A stretch of DNA of 64,000 nucleotides from an uncultured Pseudomonadota bacterium (lineage in GTDB: Bacteria > Myxococcota_A > Polyangia > Fen-1088). The position numbers and the translations under genes are program-made. This document shows, one piece after another, positions 49,656 through 57,714 of the stretch; within the stretch, counting starts at the first letter, position 1, and every line of letters starts with the position of its first letter. The stretch covers positions 32,001-96,000 of the forward strand of contig CAWKBC010000001.1 in assembly GCA_963847705.1 (NCBI GenBank). The letters are read 5' to 3'. The notes beneath the pieces were generated by a model. The model did no database searches and had not been told where the DNA came from. It saw only the letters and a list, made by a program, of their open reading frames with translations.

Positions 49656-50369
49656 ATGAGGCTCATGATGACGCTGCTCGCGGACTCGCTGCAGGAGGCG
49701 GACGTCGACGTGATCTCGGCGTACCTCGCGCAGCACCACGTGAACGTGCTCGGGTCGGAGCAACTCCTCGATGAGGGCGCCACGATCTCCCAGCGCGGCG
49801 AGTCGCCGGCGGTCGTCGCGCGCGATGTCTCCGCGCTGCGTGCGCTCTGGGTCGTCGACATGCCCTCGCGCGCGGCGGCGGTGGAGCTGGCGAAGAATGC
49901 GCCCGGCGGCGAGGGCACGCTCGAGGTTCGCGAGTCGTATACGCCTCAAGACTTCGGCGCGCCGCCGGATCCGAGTCCGCCGGCGGCGCTACCGCTGCCG
50001 GTGCGAAAGCCCGGAACGCATCGGTACATCGCGATGGTCCGCGCCGGCCACGAGTCGGGCGAAGCACCGGCACTCTCATCGATCGCGCGCATGGACGCGT
50101 ACTGCGCACCGCTCGTCGAAGCCAACACGATGATCGGCGGCGAAGGGCTCAAGCCGAGCACGAAGGGCACGCGCATTCGTCGATCGGCGGCGCAGCGGTT
50201 CGTGCTCGACGGTCCGTTCGCCGAATCCAAGGAGCTCGTCGGTGGCTACCTGGTCGTGCAGGTGCCCACCCTCGACCAGGCCATCGACACCATTCGCCCG
50301 TGGCTGCCCATCCATCGCGAGGGACAGCGGACGGACCACGTCACGATCGAGGTTCGCCGGCTGCCGTGA
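49656..50369 (+). CDS. YciI-family (DGPF) protein, probable tandem domains
   Basis: DGPFAESKELVGGY and IEVR motifs; N-terminal half ends in LEVR. Confidence 0.85.
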   Translation: MRLMMTLLADSLQEADVDVISAYLAQHHVNVLGSEQLLDEGATISQRGESPAVVARDVSALRALWVVDMPSRAAAVELAKNAPGGEGTLEVRESYTPQDFGAPPDPSPPAALPLPVRKPGTHRYIAMVRAGHESGEAPALSSIARMDAYCAPLVEANTMIGGEGLKPSTKGTRIRRSAAQRFVLDGPFAESKELVGGYLVVQVPTLDQAIDTIRPWLPIHREGQRTDHVTIEVRRLP

Positions 50370-50456
50370 ACCAGCGGGACGGCGACGTTCGGCGGGCAAC
50401 GGACCGGGCTGCTCGCGGTCGATGAACGCGATATCTTCGTGCAAACACGGGCGAAC

Positions 50457-50803
50457 ATGCTCACCATCGGAGACTTCACCTGGGACGGCTTCTTCTGGAG
50501 CACGAGCGTTTATCTTCCGTCGTGGGCCGGACTTCAGAACCGGCGCGGAGCGTATGGCAGCCGCGACGGTGACAAGCCGGCCGGTGGCAAAGTGCCGCTC
50601 GTGTTCGCGCCCGAAGGACGTGACGACGCACCTCTCACATCGAGAAAGGAGGCCTTCCGTACGTCGGTCTCGAGCTCGGCTGCTCCTGGGACGTCGAGCA
50701 TGGCCTCGGAGCCCTTCTACACGGTACGCGCGTCGTAGAGATCGGTGGTGCGGACACCGCGATCCTTCTCTGGATCGCTGAACGAGATGCGAAGCGGAGA
50801 TAG
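50457..50803 (+). pseudogene. DUF6985-like protein with central deletion and frameshift
   Basis: N-part LPSWAGLQNRRGAYG..VFAPEGRDDAPL joined at about 50639 to another frame IEKGGLPYVGLELGCSWDVEHGLGALLHGTRVVEIGGADTA. Family name is from recall. Confidence 0.65.
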
Positions 50804-50905
50804 CCGGGCCGGGCTCGAGAGGAAGCGGCAAGCTGCCCAACCCCGTGAGCCTGGCCCGGGCCGAGGGTGCGGGCCGGATGACCAGCGATTGAGCCTGACG
50901 CCCGC

Positions 50906-52072
50906 TTGCGCGGCGCGCAGCTTGACGGCACGATCGTTGACCAGACAGGAGTCATCCTGCGGACGCAAGTCGTCATATTTGCAGTCGTGACCACGCTGGC
51001 CGCACCCGTCTCGGGGCGGCAGAAGGTTCCGGACGTCATTCCTGGCGAGCCTTGGCGACTCCTGCGGGAGCTGACTGCGGGGCCGTTCCGCTTCGGCATT
51101 TTCCAGAGCGCCAAGGAACGATCGCTGGAGTCCGCGCTCGTCCAGGGGTCGGTCGCCGGGAAAGTCGCATGGACCACCATTGACGTCGGATCCGTCGGAG
51201 ATCGCGGAATAGGGGGCGACCCCGCAGCTCTCCTGGTGACGGCGACGCCGGTCGACGGCCGGGCCAAGGACCTCTTCCTGGTTCACGTCAGCACACCTCC
51301 GAATTCTGGCGCGAGCGCGACGCCGGCGTCCCAGTTTCTGGTTTCGCGTGACCACGCCCAGGCTCGACTCGTCTGTCGACTGCCGGACGAACCATTGGAG
51401 ATCACCATTATCGAAGCGGCGCCCCTGCTGACCTTCGCAGTCAGTACAGGCGCGGCGCGCGTCCGCTTCGTCGCCCGGCAGAATGACCTGTGTGAGCTGG
51501 CATCATCCGATCCGCAAGACCGGGATTCAGAGAAGAACCTCCTGTTCGAAGCGGCCGTGGCGCAGGGCGAGATGTTTCGTGCGGCCGGAGCCTGGAAGAA
51601 GGCTGGCGACGCCTTTCAGCAAGCCTTGCATCTTCGCCCCACGAGCCGACAGGCAGAATGGCTCGCGCGCTCGGCAATCGACGTGCGCTCCAGCTACAAT
51701 GACATCGGGTGCTGGCTTCACCAAGACGACCTGCGAGAGCGCCCAATTGCAGGGGTGCTGAAGCTCCTTCTCGATTCGTACGATGAGTACCTCTCGCTCT
51801 TCCCCCAGACCGAGTACGCGGCGCAGGTGCGCTACAGAAAAGCCGACCAGCTCGAGCGCTGCAACCACCTGGAAGCCGCCGCAGTCCTCTTCAAGGAGGT
51901 TTTCGAAGGGTCTCCAAAGGACGAGTTGAGTCCCTATGCGCACCAACACCACGACGCGATCGTGGAATTGATCCGGCAGCGCGAACAGAAACCGAGCTCC
52001 AAGACAGGCGCTGCGGCCCAAACCCGCGTTACGCCCGACGGTCCTGCGACCCGCGGGTCGCCAACGCCCTGA
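50906..52072 (+). CDS. Hypothetical secreted protein with C-terminal TPR-like region
   Basis: AGDAFQQALHLRP and YLSLFPQTEYAAQVRYRKA TPR-like helices. Start uncertain; lower GC3. Confidence 0.6.
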   Translation: MRGAQLDGTIVDQTGVILRTQVVIFAVVTTLAAPVSGRQKVPDVIPGEPWRLLRELTAGPFRFGIFQSAKERSLESALVQGSVAGKVAWTTIDVGSVGDRGIGGDPAALLVTATPVDGRAKDLFLVHVSTPPNSGASATPASQFLVSRDHAQARLVCRLPDEPLEITIIEAAPLLTFAVSTGAARVRFVARQNDLCELASSDPQDRDSEKNLLFEAAVAQGEMFRAAGAWKKAGDAFQQALHLRPTSRQAEWLARSAIDVRSSYNDIGCWLHQDDLRERPIAGVLKLLLDSYDEYLSLFPQTEYAAQVRYRKADQLERCNHLEAAAVLFKEVFEGSPKDELSPYAHQHHDAIVELIRQREQKPSSKTGAAAQTRVTPDGPATRGSPTP

Positions 52073-52096
52073 CGCTGGCTGACCCGGACGGCCAAG

Positions 52097-52777
52097 ATGC
52101 TTCGACTCATCGGATACTGGAAGGGCAGTCTTGGGGACGAGTACCCTTTTCCGCAGGAGGTCAGCGCGGGGTACACCCCTGACCTTCGCGACAAGCTCCT
52201 CGCCTATCTCGAGTCGGGCGAAGTCTTCCAGCGACATCGCGGGTTCTCGTGGTGCCGGTTCGGCTGTTCTGAACCCAATGGCAGTGCAGAGCTCACCGAT
52301 GGAAGGTGGGTGTGGCCGCAGGGCCTGGCGCACTACATACGTCACCATCGGGTCGCGTTGCCTGCGGAGTTTCTCCGCGACGTCGCCGACCCGTCTCGGC
52401 TCGCCGGGGCATCCGGGAGGCAACCGTCGCCAAGGTCGGCCGTGGACCATTCCTATTGGATCGCGTGGGCGCGCTCTTACCGCATCGGCGCCGTCGAGGC
52501 CTTGCTCGAAGAGGCGCGGGCGAACGCGACCCGTGCTTGCCAGGCGATGTTGGAGGCCGCCGCCCTTCAACGAACGGCGCTCGAAGGCTCCGGGACGACT
52601 TCATGCGCGACGGCGGCGTGCGTTCGTCAGGTCGTGGCGGGGAAGGCGTTCTGCGCTCGCTGCTTGACCGAGCCCGATCGGCGGAGGGTGCAGCTCAGCG
52701 CTGATGCGCGCGAACTGAAAAGGGTGATCGACCTGCTGCCCGGCGCGCTGCCAACCCGTTCGTCGGAACACACGTGA
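52097..52777 (+). CDS. Cys/His-motif hypothetical protein
   Basis: IGYW, RGFSWCRFGC, GSAELTDG.WVWPQGLAHYI..H.V.LP; C-terminal C-x4-C...C-x2-C. Confidence 0.75.
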   Translation: MLRLIGYWKGSLGDEYPFPQEVSAGYTPDLRDKLLAYLESGEVFQRHRGFSWCRFGCSEPNGSAELTDGRWVWPQGLAHYIRHHRVALPAEFLRDVADPSRLAGASGRQPSPRSAVDHSYWIAWARSYRIGAVEALLEEARANATRACQAMLEAAALQRTALEGSGTTSCATAACVRQVVAGKAFCARCLTEPDRRRVQLSADARELKRVIDLLPGALPTRSSEHT

Positions 52778-52857
52778 TCGTCGCCTGGCCATGTGGGGTT
52801 AGGAAGTTCACATCACGCGTGCCGAGGAATGGAGACAACGTCACGCCTGGCAATCAA

Positions 52858-53345
52858 GTGGTGGGACCGGAGAACACGGCGGTGCGGGTCGCCTTGTGGC
52901 GGGCGCTGCACCTCGAGGTCGATGACCCGCCGCACGTGTTCGAAGACGACGCCGGCCTCAAGCTGGTGGCTCCAGACGCAGGGTGGCGCAGCCGTCCCGA
53001 CATGAGCCCGTTCACGCGCCCCTTCCGGACCTCCATCCTGGCCCGGGCCCGCTTCGTCGAAGATCTCGTGGCCGAACGAGCCACCCGTGGGGTCGGGCAG
53101 TACGTCATCCTCGGCGCGGGCCTCGACACCTTCGCCCAGCGGCTGCTGGACCTGGCCTCCCGGCTGCTGGTGTTCGAGATCGATCAACCCGGCCCTCAGG
53201 CCTGGAAGCGCCAGCGTCTCGTCGACCTGGGGCCTCGGCATCCCGCCGTTCTTGCGCCTGGTGCCCGGTCGACTTCGAGGGCCAGGAAGGGCGAGACGCC
53301 TGGTAGGAGCGGCTGGCGGCGTCGGGCTTCGACCGCTCCCTCGGT
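52858..53345 (+). pseudogene. Leucine-carboxyl-methyltransferase-like SAM methyltransferase, frameshifted and truncated
   Basis: TAVRVALWRA, ARARFVED, QYVILGAGLDT, FEIDQP. Frameshifts near 53230 and 53266, then in-frame stop W*E; C-terminal half missing. Confidence 0.85.
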
Positions 53346-53475
53346 CCTCTGAAGGGATCACGAGCAGGCTCCCGATCCGCGGATCGCGTCAACCGTCAAG
53401 CGGCTGACCGGCACCCTTGATAAGGAAGTTACTCGCGTGATTGAAGAGGTCGCGATACTTTAGCGACACTCACCG

Positions 53476-54153
53476 ATGCCGAACACGAACACCGACACGA
53501 AGACCATCGATGACAACGCACTGACCATTGACCACCCGCGGGTCCGCCTGGTCGACCGAGAGATCTTCACGCTGCGATTCGTCAGCGACTGCATGCAGCA
53601 CGAGTGCCTCTGCCGGGACGAGAAGGATCTGGCGCGCACCGACGCCTGCTGCCAGCACGGAGCGGACGTCTTGCGCAGCGAGAAGAGCGCCATCTTGGCC
53701 CGCGCCTCCGAGATCGCCTCCGTTCTGAAGCCGGAATGGAAGAAGCCCGAGAGCTGGTTCGACGAGCGCGATCCCGAGGTCATCTCCGAGGAGCCCTTCG
53801 TCGACGTGGTTCGGACCGGGACGACCGACCTGGACGTCGACACCTCGGGCTGCATCTTTCTGAATCACGAGGGTGACCGGGGATGCGGGCTGCACGCCGC
53901 CGCCCTCAAGCACGGCTTCGACCCGGCGGAGATCAAGCCCTCCGTCTGCCGCCTCTATCCGTTGAGCCTCGACGACGGACACCTGGGCCTCAGCCCGGAC
54001 TTCGATCGCTACTCATGCGCCAACTCCGGCACCAACTCCCTTTATGGGGTCCTGCGCGGCGTGCTCGGCGAAATGTACGGCGACGACCTGGTTCAGATCC
54101 TGGACGGCCTGAACGCAAAGTTTCGGGTGCGCCGCTTGAAAAGCCTCCGCTGA
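53476..54153 (+). CDS. Cys-cluster (Fe-S/zinc) protein, DUF3109/YkgJ-like
   Basis: DACCQHG, GCIFL, GCGLH, KPSVCRLYPL. Confidence 0.8.
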   Translation: MPNTNTDTKTIDDNALTIDHPRVRLVDREIFTLRFVSDCMQHECLCRDEKDLARTDACCQHGADVLRSEKSAILARASEIASVLKPEWKKPESWFDERDPEVISEEPFVDVVRTGTTDLDVDTSGCIFLNHEGDRGCGLHAAALKHGFDPAEIKPSVCRLYPLSLDDGHLGLSPDFDRYSCANSGTNSLYGVLRGVLGEMYGDDLVQILDGLNAKFRVRRLKSLR

Positions 54154-54186
54154 GGCGGGTGGCACCGGCGGAACCCCGCGGGCGAC

Positions 54187-54786
54187 GTGAAGAGGGTTGC
54201 CGTCTTCGGGAACGCCGCGGGGGGCAAGTCGACCCTGGCCAGGAGGCTGGCGGAGCTGACCGGCATCCCGCTCCATCCCTTGGACCTGATCCAGTACCGG
54301 GTCGGCGGCGCCAAGGTTCCGCACGACGAATATCTGAAGGCGCACGCGGAGCTGCTGCAGCGTGAGGCGTGGATCATCGACGGCTACGGCTGCCGCAAAT
54401 CTACCTGGGAGCGCTTCGCCCGCGCGGACACGCTGGTCTACATCGATCTGCCGCTCGTCACCCACTATCGGTGGTGCACGAAGCGGCTGTTCCAAGGCCT
54501 CTTCGTCACTCCCGAGGGGTGGCCCGAGGGCAGTCCCATCCTCAGCAGCACGCTCAGCTGCTACCACACGATCTGGCTATGCCATCGGCATCTGACACCC
54601 AGGTATAGAGAGCTCGTGTCCCAGGTTCGGGCACACAAGCGGGTTCATCACCTGCGGTCCACGGCCGAGATGTCCGCGTTCCTGGCGGGCTTGCTCGCGG
54701 AGGTCGAGGCTCGTCAGGGTGGCGACCATGAAGGCGCCGCGCGTCCAGCTGATGGCGACCTGTCTCGCCGTCGTCGCTTGCGCTAA
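54187..54786 (+). CDS. P-loop kinase, adenylate kinase/FlaR (topology modulation) family
   Basis: GNAAGGKST Walker A, WIIDG, ADTLVYIDLP. Confidence 0.88.
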   Translation: MKRVAVFGNAAGGKSTLARRLAELTGIPLHPLDLIQYRVGGAKVPHDEYLKAHAELLQREAWIIDGYGCRKSTWERFARADTLVYIDLPLVTHYRWCTKRLFQGLFVTPEGWPEGSPILSSTLSCYHTIWLCHRHLTPRYRELVSQVRAHKRVHHLRSTAEMSAFLAGLLAEVEARQGGDHEGAARPADGDLSRRRRLR

Positions 54787-55086
54787 AAGCGGCCCAGCGC
54801 CGCCAGTCCCGGGACGGAAGCGCACGTGACGTCGCTGAACGCGATGGGCGCCAACGTGACGGGACCCGTCGGGGTGGGCGCCTGACGGGCGTTGGTTCGA
54901 TGTTCATGCGGTTCATTTCCAGCAAGGCCCGTCCCTCAGGCGACGGCCGGATCCGCGCGGCGATGAAACGAAAAGGCACCGCGGCGAGGACGGAGGCCTG
55001 ACACGATTGTCGCACCGCCCGTCGATCGAGTTGGCGGCGTCTGCTCGTTTGGCGCGCCCGAACCTCTCAAGTAACATCGAGGGAAG

Positions 55087-55788
55087 ATGAAGCCGCACGT
55101 CATCTGCCACATGATGGTCTCCCTCGACGGCCGCATTCATCCGAGCCGCTGGACGGCGAGCCCGGACGGCAACCGCCAGGACTGGGCGAAGGTGTACGAA
55201 GACTTGCACGGCACGCTGGCGGGTGACGCCTGGCTGGTCGGTCGCGTGACGATGGCCGAGATGAGCAAAGGGACGCCGCACCCGCCGTCGCGTGCCGAGA
55301 AGGTGGCGCGGCCGCGCCATTTCGCGAAGCGCGACGCCGGGTCGTACGCCATCGCCTTCGACCGCTCGGGCAAACTGCACTTCGCCAAGGCCGACATCGG
55401 CGGCGACCACGTCGTGGTGCTGCTCGGCCCGGGCGTGCCGGACGCCCACCTCGCGGAGCTGGCGGGCGACGGCATCTCCTACGTCGTCGCGCCCGACGAA
55501 GCGATGGACCCGCGGCCCCTGTTCGAGCTCCTGGGACGCGAGCTCGGCATCAAACGGCTGCTGGTCGAAGGCGGCGGCAACGTGAACGGTTCGTTGCTGG
55601 CGGCCGGCGTTGTCGACGAGATCAGCCTCATGATCGCCCCCGCCATCGACGGCGCCCTCGGCATCACCGGCGTCTTCGAGGTGCCTGCGGCGACTGGGCT
55701 CGCGGGCAAGGTGCGGCTGCGGTTCGTGGCGAACGAAGCGCTCGCGCACGGGGTGGTGCACCTGCGGTACGCGGTGGAAGCCGGCTGA
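55087..55788 (+). CDS. RibD C-terminal domain reductase family protein
   Basis: MVSLDGRI, GRVT, LLVEGGGNVNGSLL, VDEISL.IAP. Confidence 0.92.
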   Translation: MKPHVICHMMVSLDGRIHPSRWTASPDGNRQDWAKVYEDLHGTLAGDAWLVGRVTMAEMSKGTPHPPSRAEKVARPRHFAKRDAGSYAIAFDRSGKLHFAKADIGGDHVVVLLGPGVPDAHLAELAGDGISYVVAPDEAMDPRPLFELLGRELGIKRLLVEGGGNVNGSLLAAGVVDEISLMIAPAIDGALGITGVFEVPAATGLAGKVRLRFVANEALAHGVVHLRYAVEAG

Positions 55789-55891
55789 GACAGCCGGGGC
55801 GCGGGGCGTGGTGCGCCGGGGCGAGATGATGAAAGCTCCGGCACGCGGACGGCTCCGGCCGAGCATCGGCGTCGCAACGCGGGCGGCTTTG

Positions 55892-56122
55892 CTGCAGCAC
55901 GCGTCGATCTTCGACTATGTCGCGGTCAGCGGCGGGCTGGAGAGACCGTCGATCGAATACGTCGATCACCTGCACGAGCACTTCATCGACCCTTGCGTGC
56001 TCCGCGGCGGGTGCTATCAGGTTCCCACGGCGGCGGGGGCCAGTATCACCATGAAACGCGGCTCGCTGGAGGCGGACAGCTATCTCGGCGGGTCGATCTG
56101 GAAGGAGATTCTCTCGACATGA
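55892..56122 (+). pseudogene. L-fuconate dehydratase (enolase superfamily) C-terminal remnant
   Basis: QHASIFDYVAVSG...IEYVDHLHEHFIDP...Y..PTAAG.S. Only about 76 aa remain; ATGA-coupled to the FAH gene. Confidence 0.8.
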
Positions 56123-56919
56123 AGCTCGTTCGTTATCTCGACGGCGCGGGAGGCGCGCACTACGGCACCGAGGAGGGCGATCGCGTCCTCGAGATCGAAG
56201 GCGACATCTTTGGCGACCACACGGTCACCAAAAACGCCGCCGAGGTTCAACGCTTGCTGGCGCCGATCGAGGTCAAACAGATCCTCGGGATCGGGCTCAA
56301 TTACCGGCGCCACGCCGAGGAGACCAACGCCAAGATCCCCGAGTACCCGATCCTGTTCATGAAGGGGGTCAACGCCGTTCAGGGTCCCGGTGGGCCGATC
56401 GTGATTCCGGGCCACCTGCCGAGCGCCGAGGTCGATTATGAGTGCGAGCTGGCGGTGGTGATCGGACGGACCTGCAAGAACGTGTCGCGCGCGCAGGCCC
56501 TCGATTACGTCCTCGGCTACACCTGCGCCAACGACGTCTCCGCCCGCGACTGGCAGAAGCAGTACGGCGGCGGCCAGTGGTGCCGGGGGAAGACCTTCGA
56601 CACCTTCGCGCCGCTCGGCCCACGCCTGGTGACGCGCGACGAGCTCCCCGAGCCCAACGCGCTCAAGATCGCCACCATCCTCAACGGCGAACGCGTCCAG
56701 GACTGGACCACCTCCGACATGATCTTCGACGTCCCGCGCCTCATCGAGTTCCTGAGCGGCAGCACCACGCTGGTGCCCGGCACCGTCATCTTGACCGGCA
56801 CGCCCCACGGCGTCGGCATGGCCCGAAAGCCGCCCCTCTGGCTCAAGCCCGGCGACACGGTGTCGGTCGAGATCGAGGGGATCGGTCTGCTCACCAACCC
56901 GGTCGTCGCCGAGATGTGA
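56119..56919 (+). CDS. Fumarylacetoacetate hydrolase family protein
   Basis: GLNYRRH, VDYECEL, NDVSARDWQ, GKTFDTFAPLGP, ILTGTPHGVG. Confidence 0.95.
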   Translation: MKLVRYLDGAGGAHYGTEEGDRVLEIEGDIFGDHTVTKNAAEVQRLLAPIEVKQILGIGLNYRRHAEETNAKIPEYPILFMKGVNAVQGPGGPIVIPGHLPSAEVDYECELAVVIGRTCKNVSRAQALDYVLGYTCANDVSARDWQKQYGGGQWCRGKTFDTFAPLGPRLVTRDELPEPNALKIATILNGERVQDWTTSDMIFDVPRLIEFLSGSTTLVPGTVILTGTPHGVGMARKPPLWLKPGDTVSVEIEGIGLLTNPVVAEM

Positions 56920-57244
56920 AGCGCGGGGTCAGCAAGTTGTCGTGTTGCGACTCGCGCCGGGTGGCGGGTGATGATGAAAGTGATGGCTGACGCCTACAGG
57001 ATGCGGACGCCGGAGCTGGGCTCGAAGACGTAAATCTCCGCTGGGCGGCCGGCGCGGCTCCGATAGCTCGCGGCGACCGCGTGGGTCGGCGGTCTCCCTG
57101 CTGTCGATGGCGACGAGAATCTGCTCCTCGAGGTCGAGACACCGCCCGACCGCGGGCTGTCGTGGTCGCGGAGGACGGGCCCGCCGGCGCGGCGGCCTCC
57201 GCACAGGGCCGCCGCAGGCTGTCCCAGGTGCGCGTCACCCGAGC

Positions 57245-57703
57245 TCACCGGCTGGTCACGGCCGCGACAATCAACAGCGCGCCCACGGCGTGGAGGACGA
57301 GCCGTTCGCGGCCACGGTCGCGCCGCTGGTGTCGCAGCGACCCGCGGAGCGCCAGGACGAGCCCGGCGATGCTGCCGGCGACGATCCCGACGAACGCCTG
57401 GCCGAGCGGCATCACCCGGTGTCCGTCGGGAGTCACGGGCGGCCAGGCGCAGAGCGCGAGCCAGGTGCAGAGAGAGATCCCCGACGCCACGAAGCAGCCG
57501 CTCCAGAGCAACACCGTGAGGCCGTCGCGCGGCCAGGACCGGTCTGACCCGCGCGTTCCGGCGCTCAGCAGCGCGTGCGCGACGAACAGCGCTGCCACGA
57601 ACACACGCGGCGCGGGCTTGAGCGCGCCGATCTCGAGGGCAGGAACGGCCGCCGCCACCAAGAGCAGCGCGTAGCGAAGCCCGGACCTGGCATCATCGCG
57701 CAC
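57245..57703 (-). CDS. Hypothetical multi-TM membrane protein, possibly continuing to about 56994 through frameshifts
   Basis: Several hydrophobic helices; coding-like fragments in other frames downstream. Confidence 0.45.
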   Translation of the reverse strand: MRDDARSGLRYALLLVAAAVPALEIGALKPAPRVFVAALFVAHALLSAGTRGSDRSWPRDGLTVLLWSGCFVASGISLCTWLALCAWPPVTPDGHRVMPLGQAFVGIVAGSIAGLVLALRGSLRHQRRDRGRERLVLHAVGALLIVAAVTSR

Positions 57704-57714
57704 GCGCGGCGACG

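Noticed and set aside
54728-54830. Short lipoprotein-signal-like ORF (MKAPRVQLMATCLAVVAC)
   Set aside because: It overlaps the upstream gene and stops after 33 codons; may be a remnant but the evidence is too thin.
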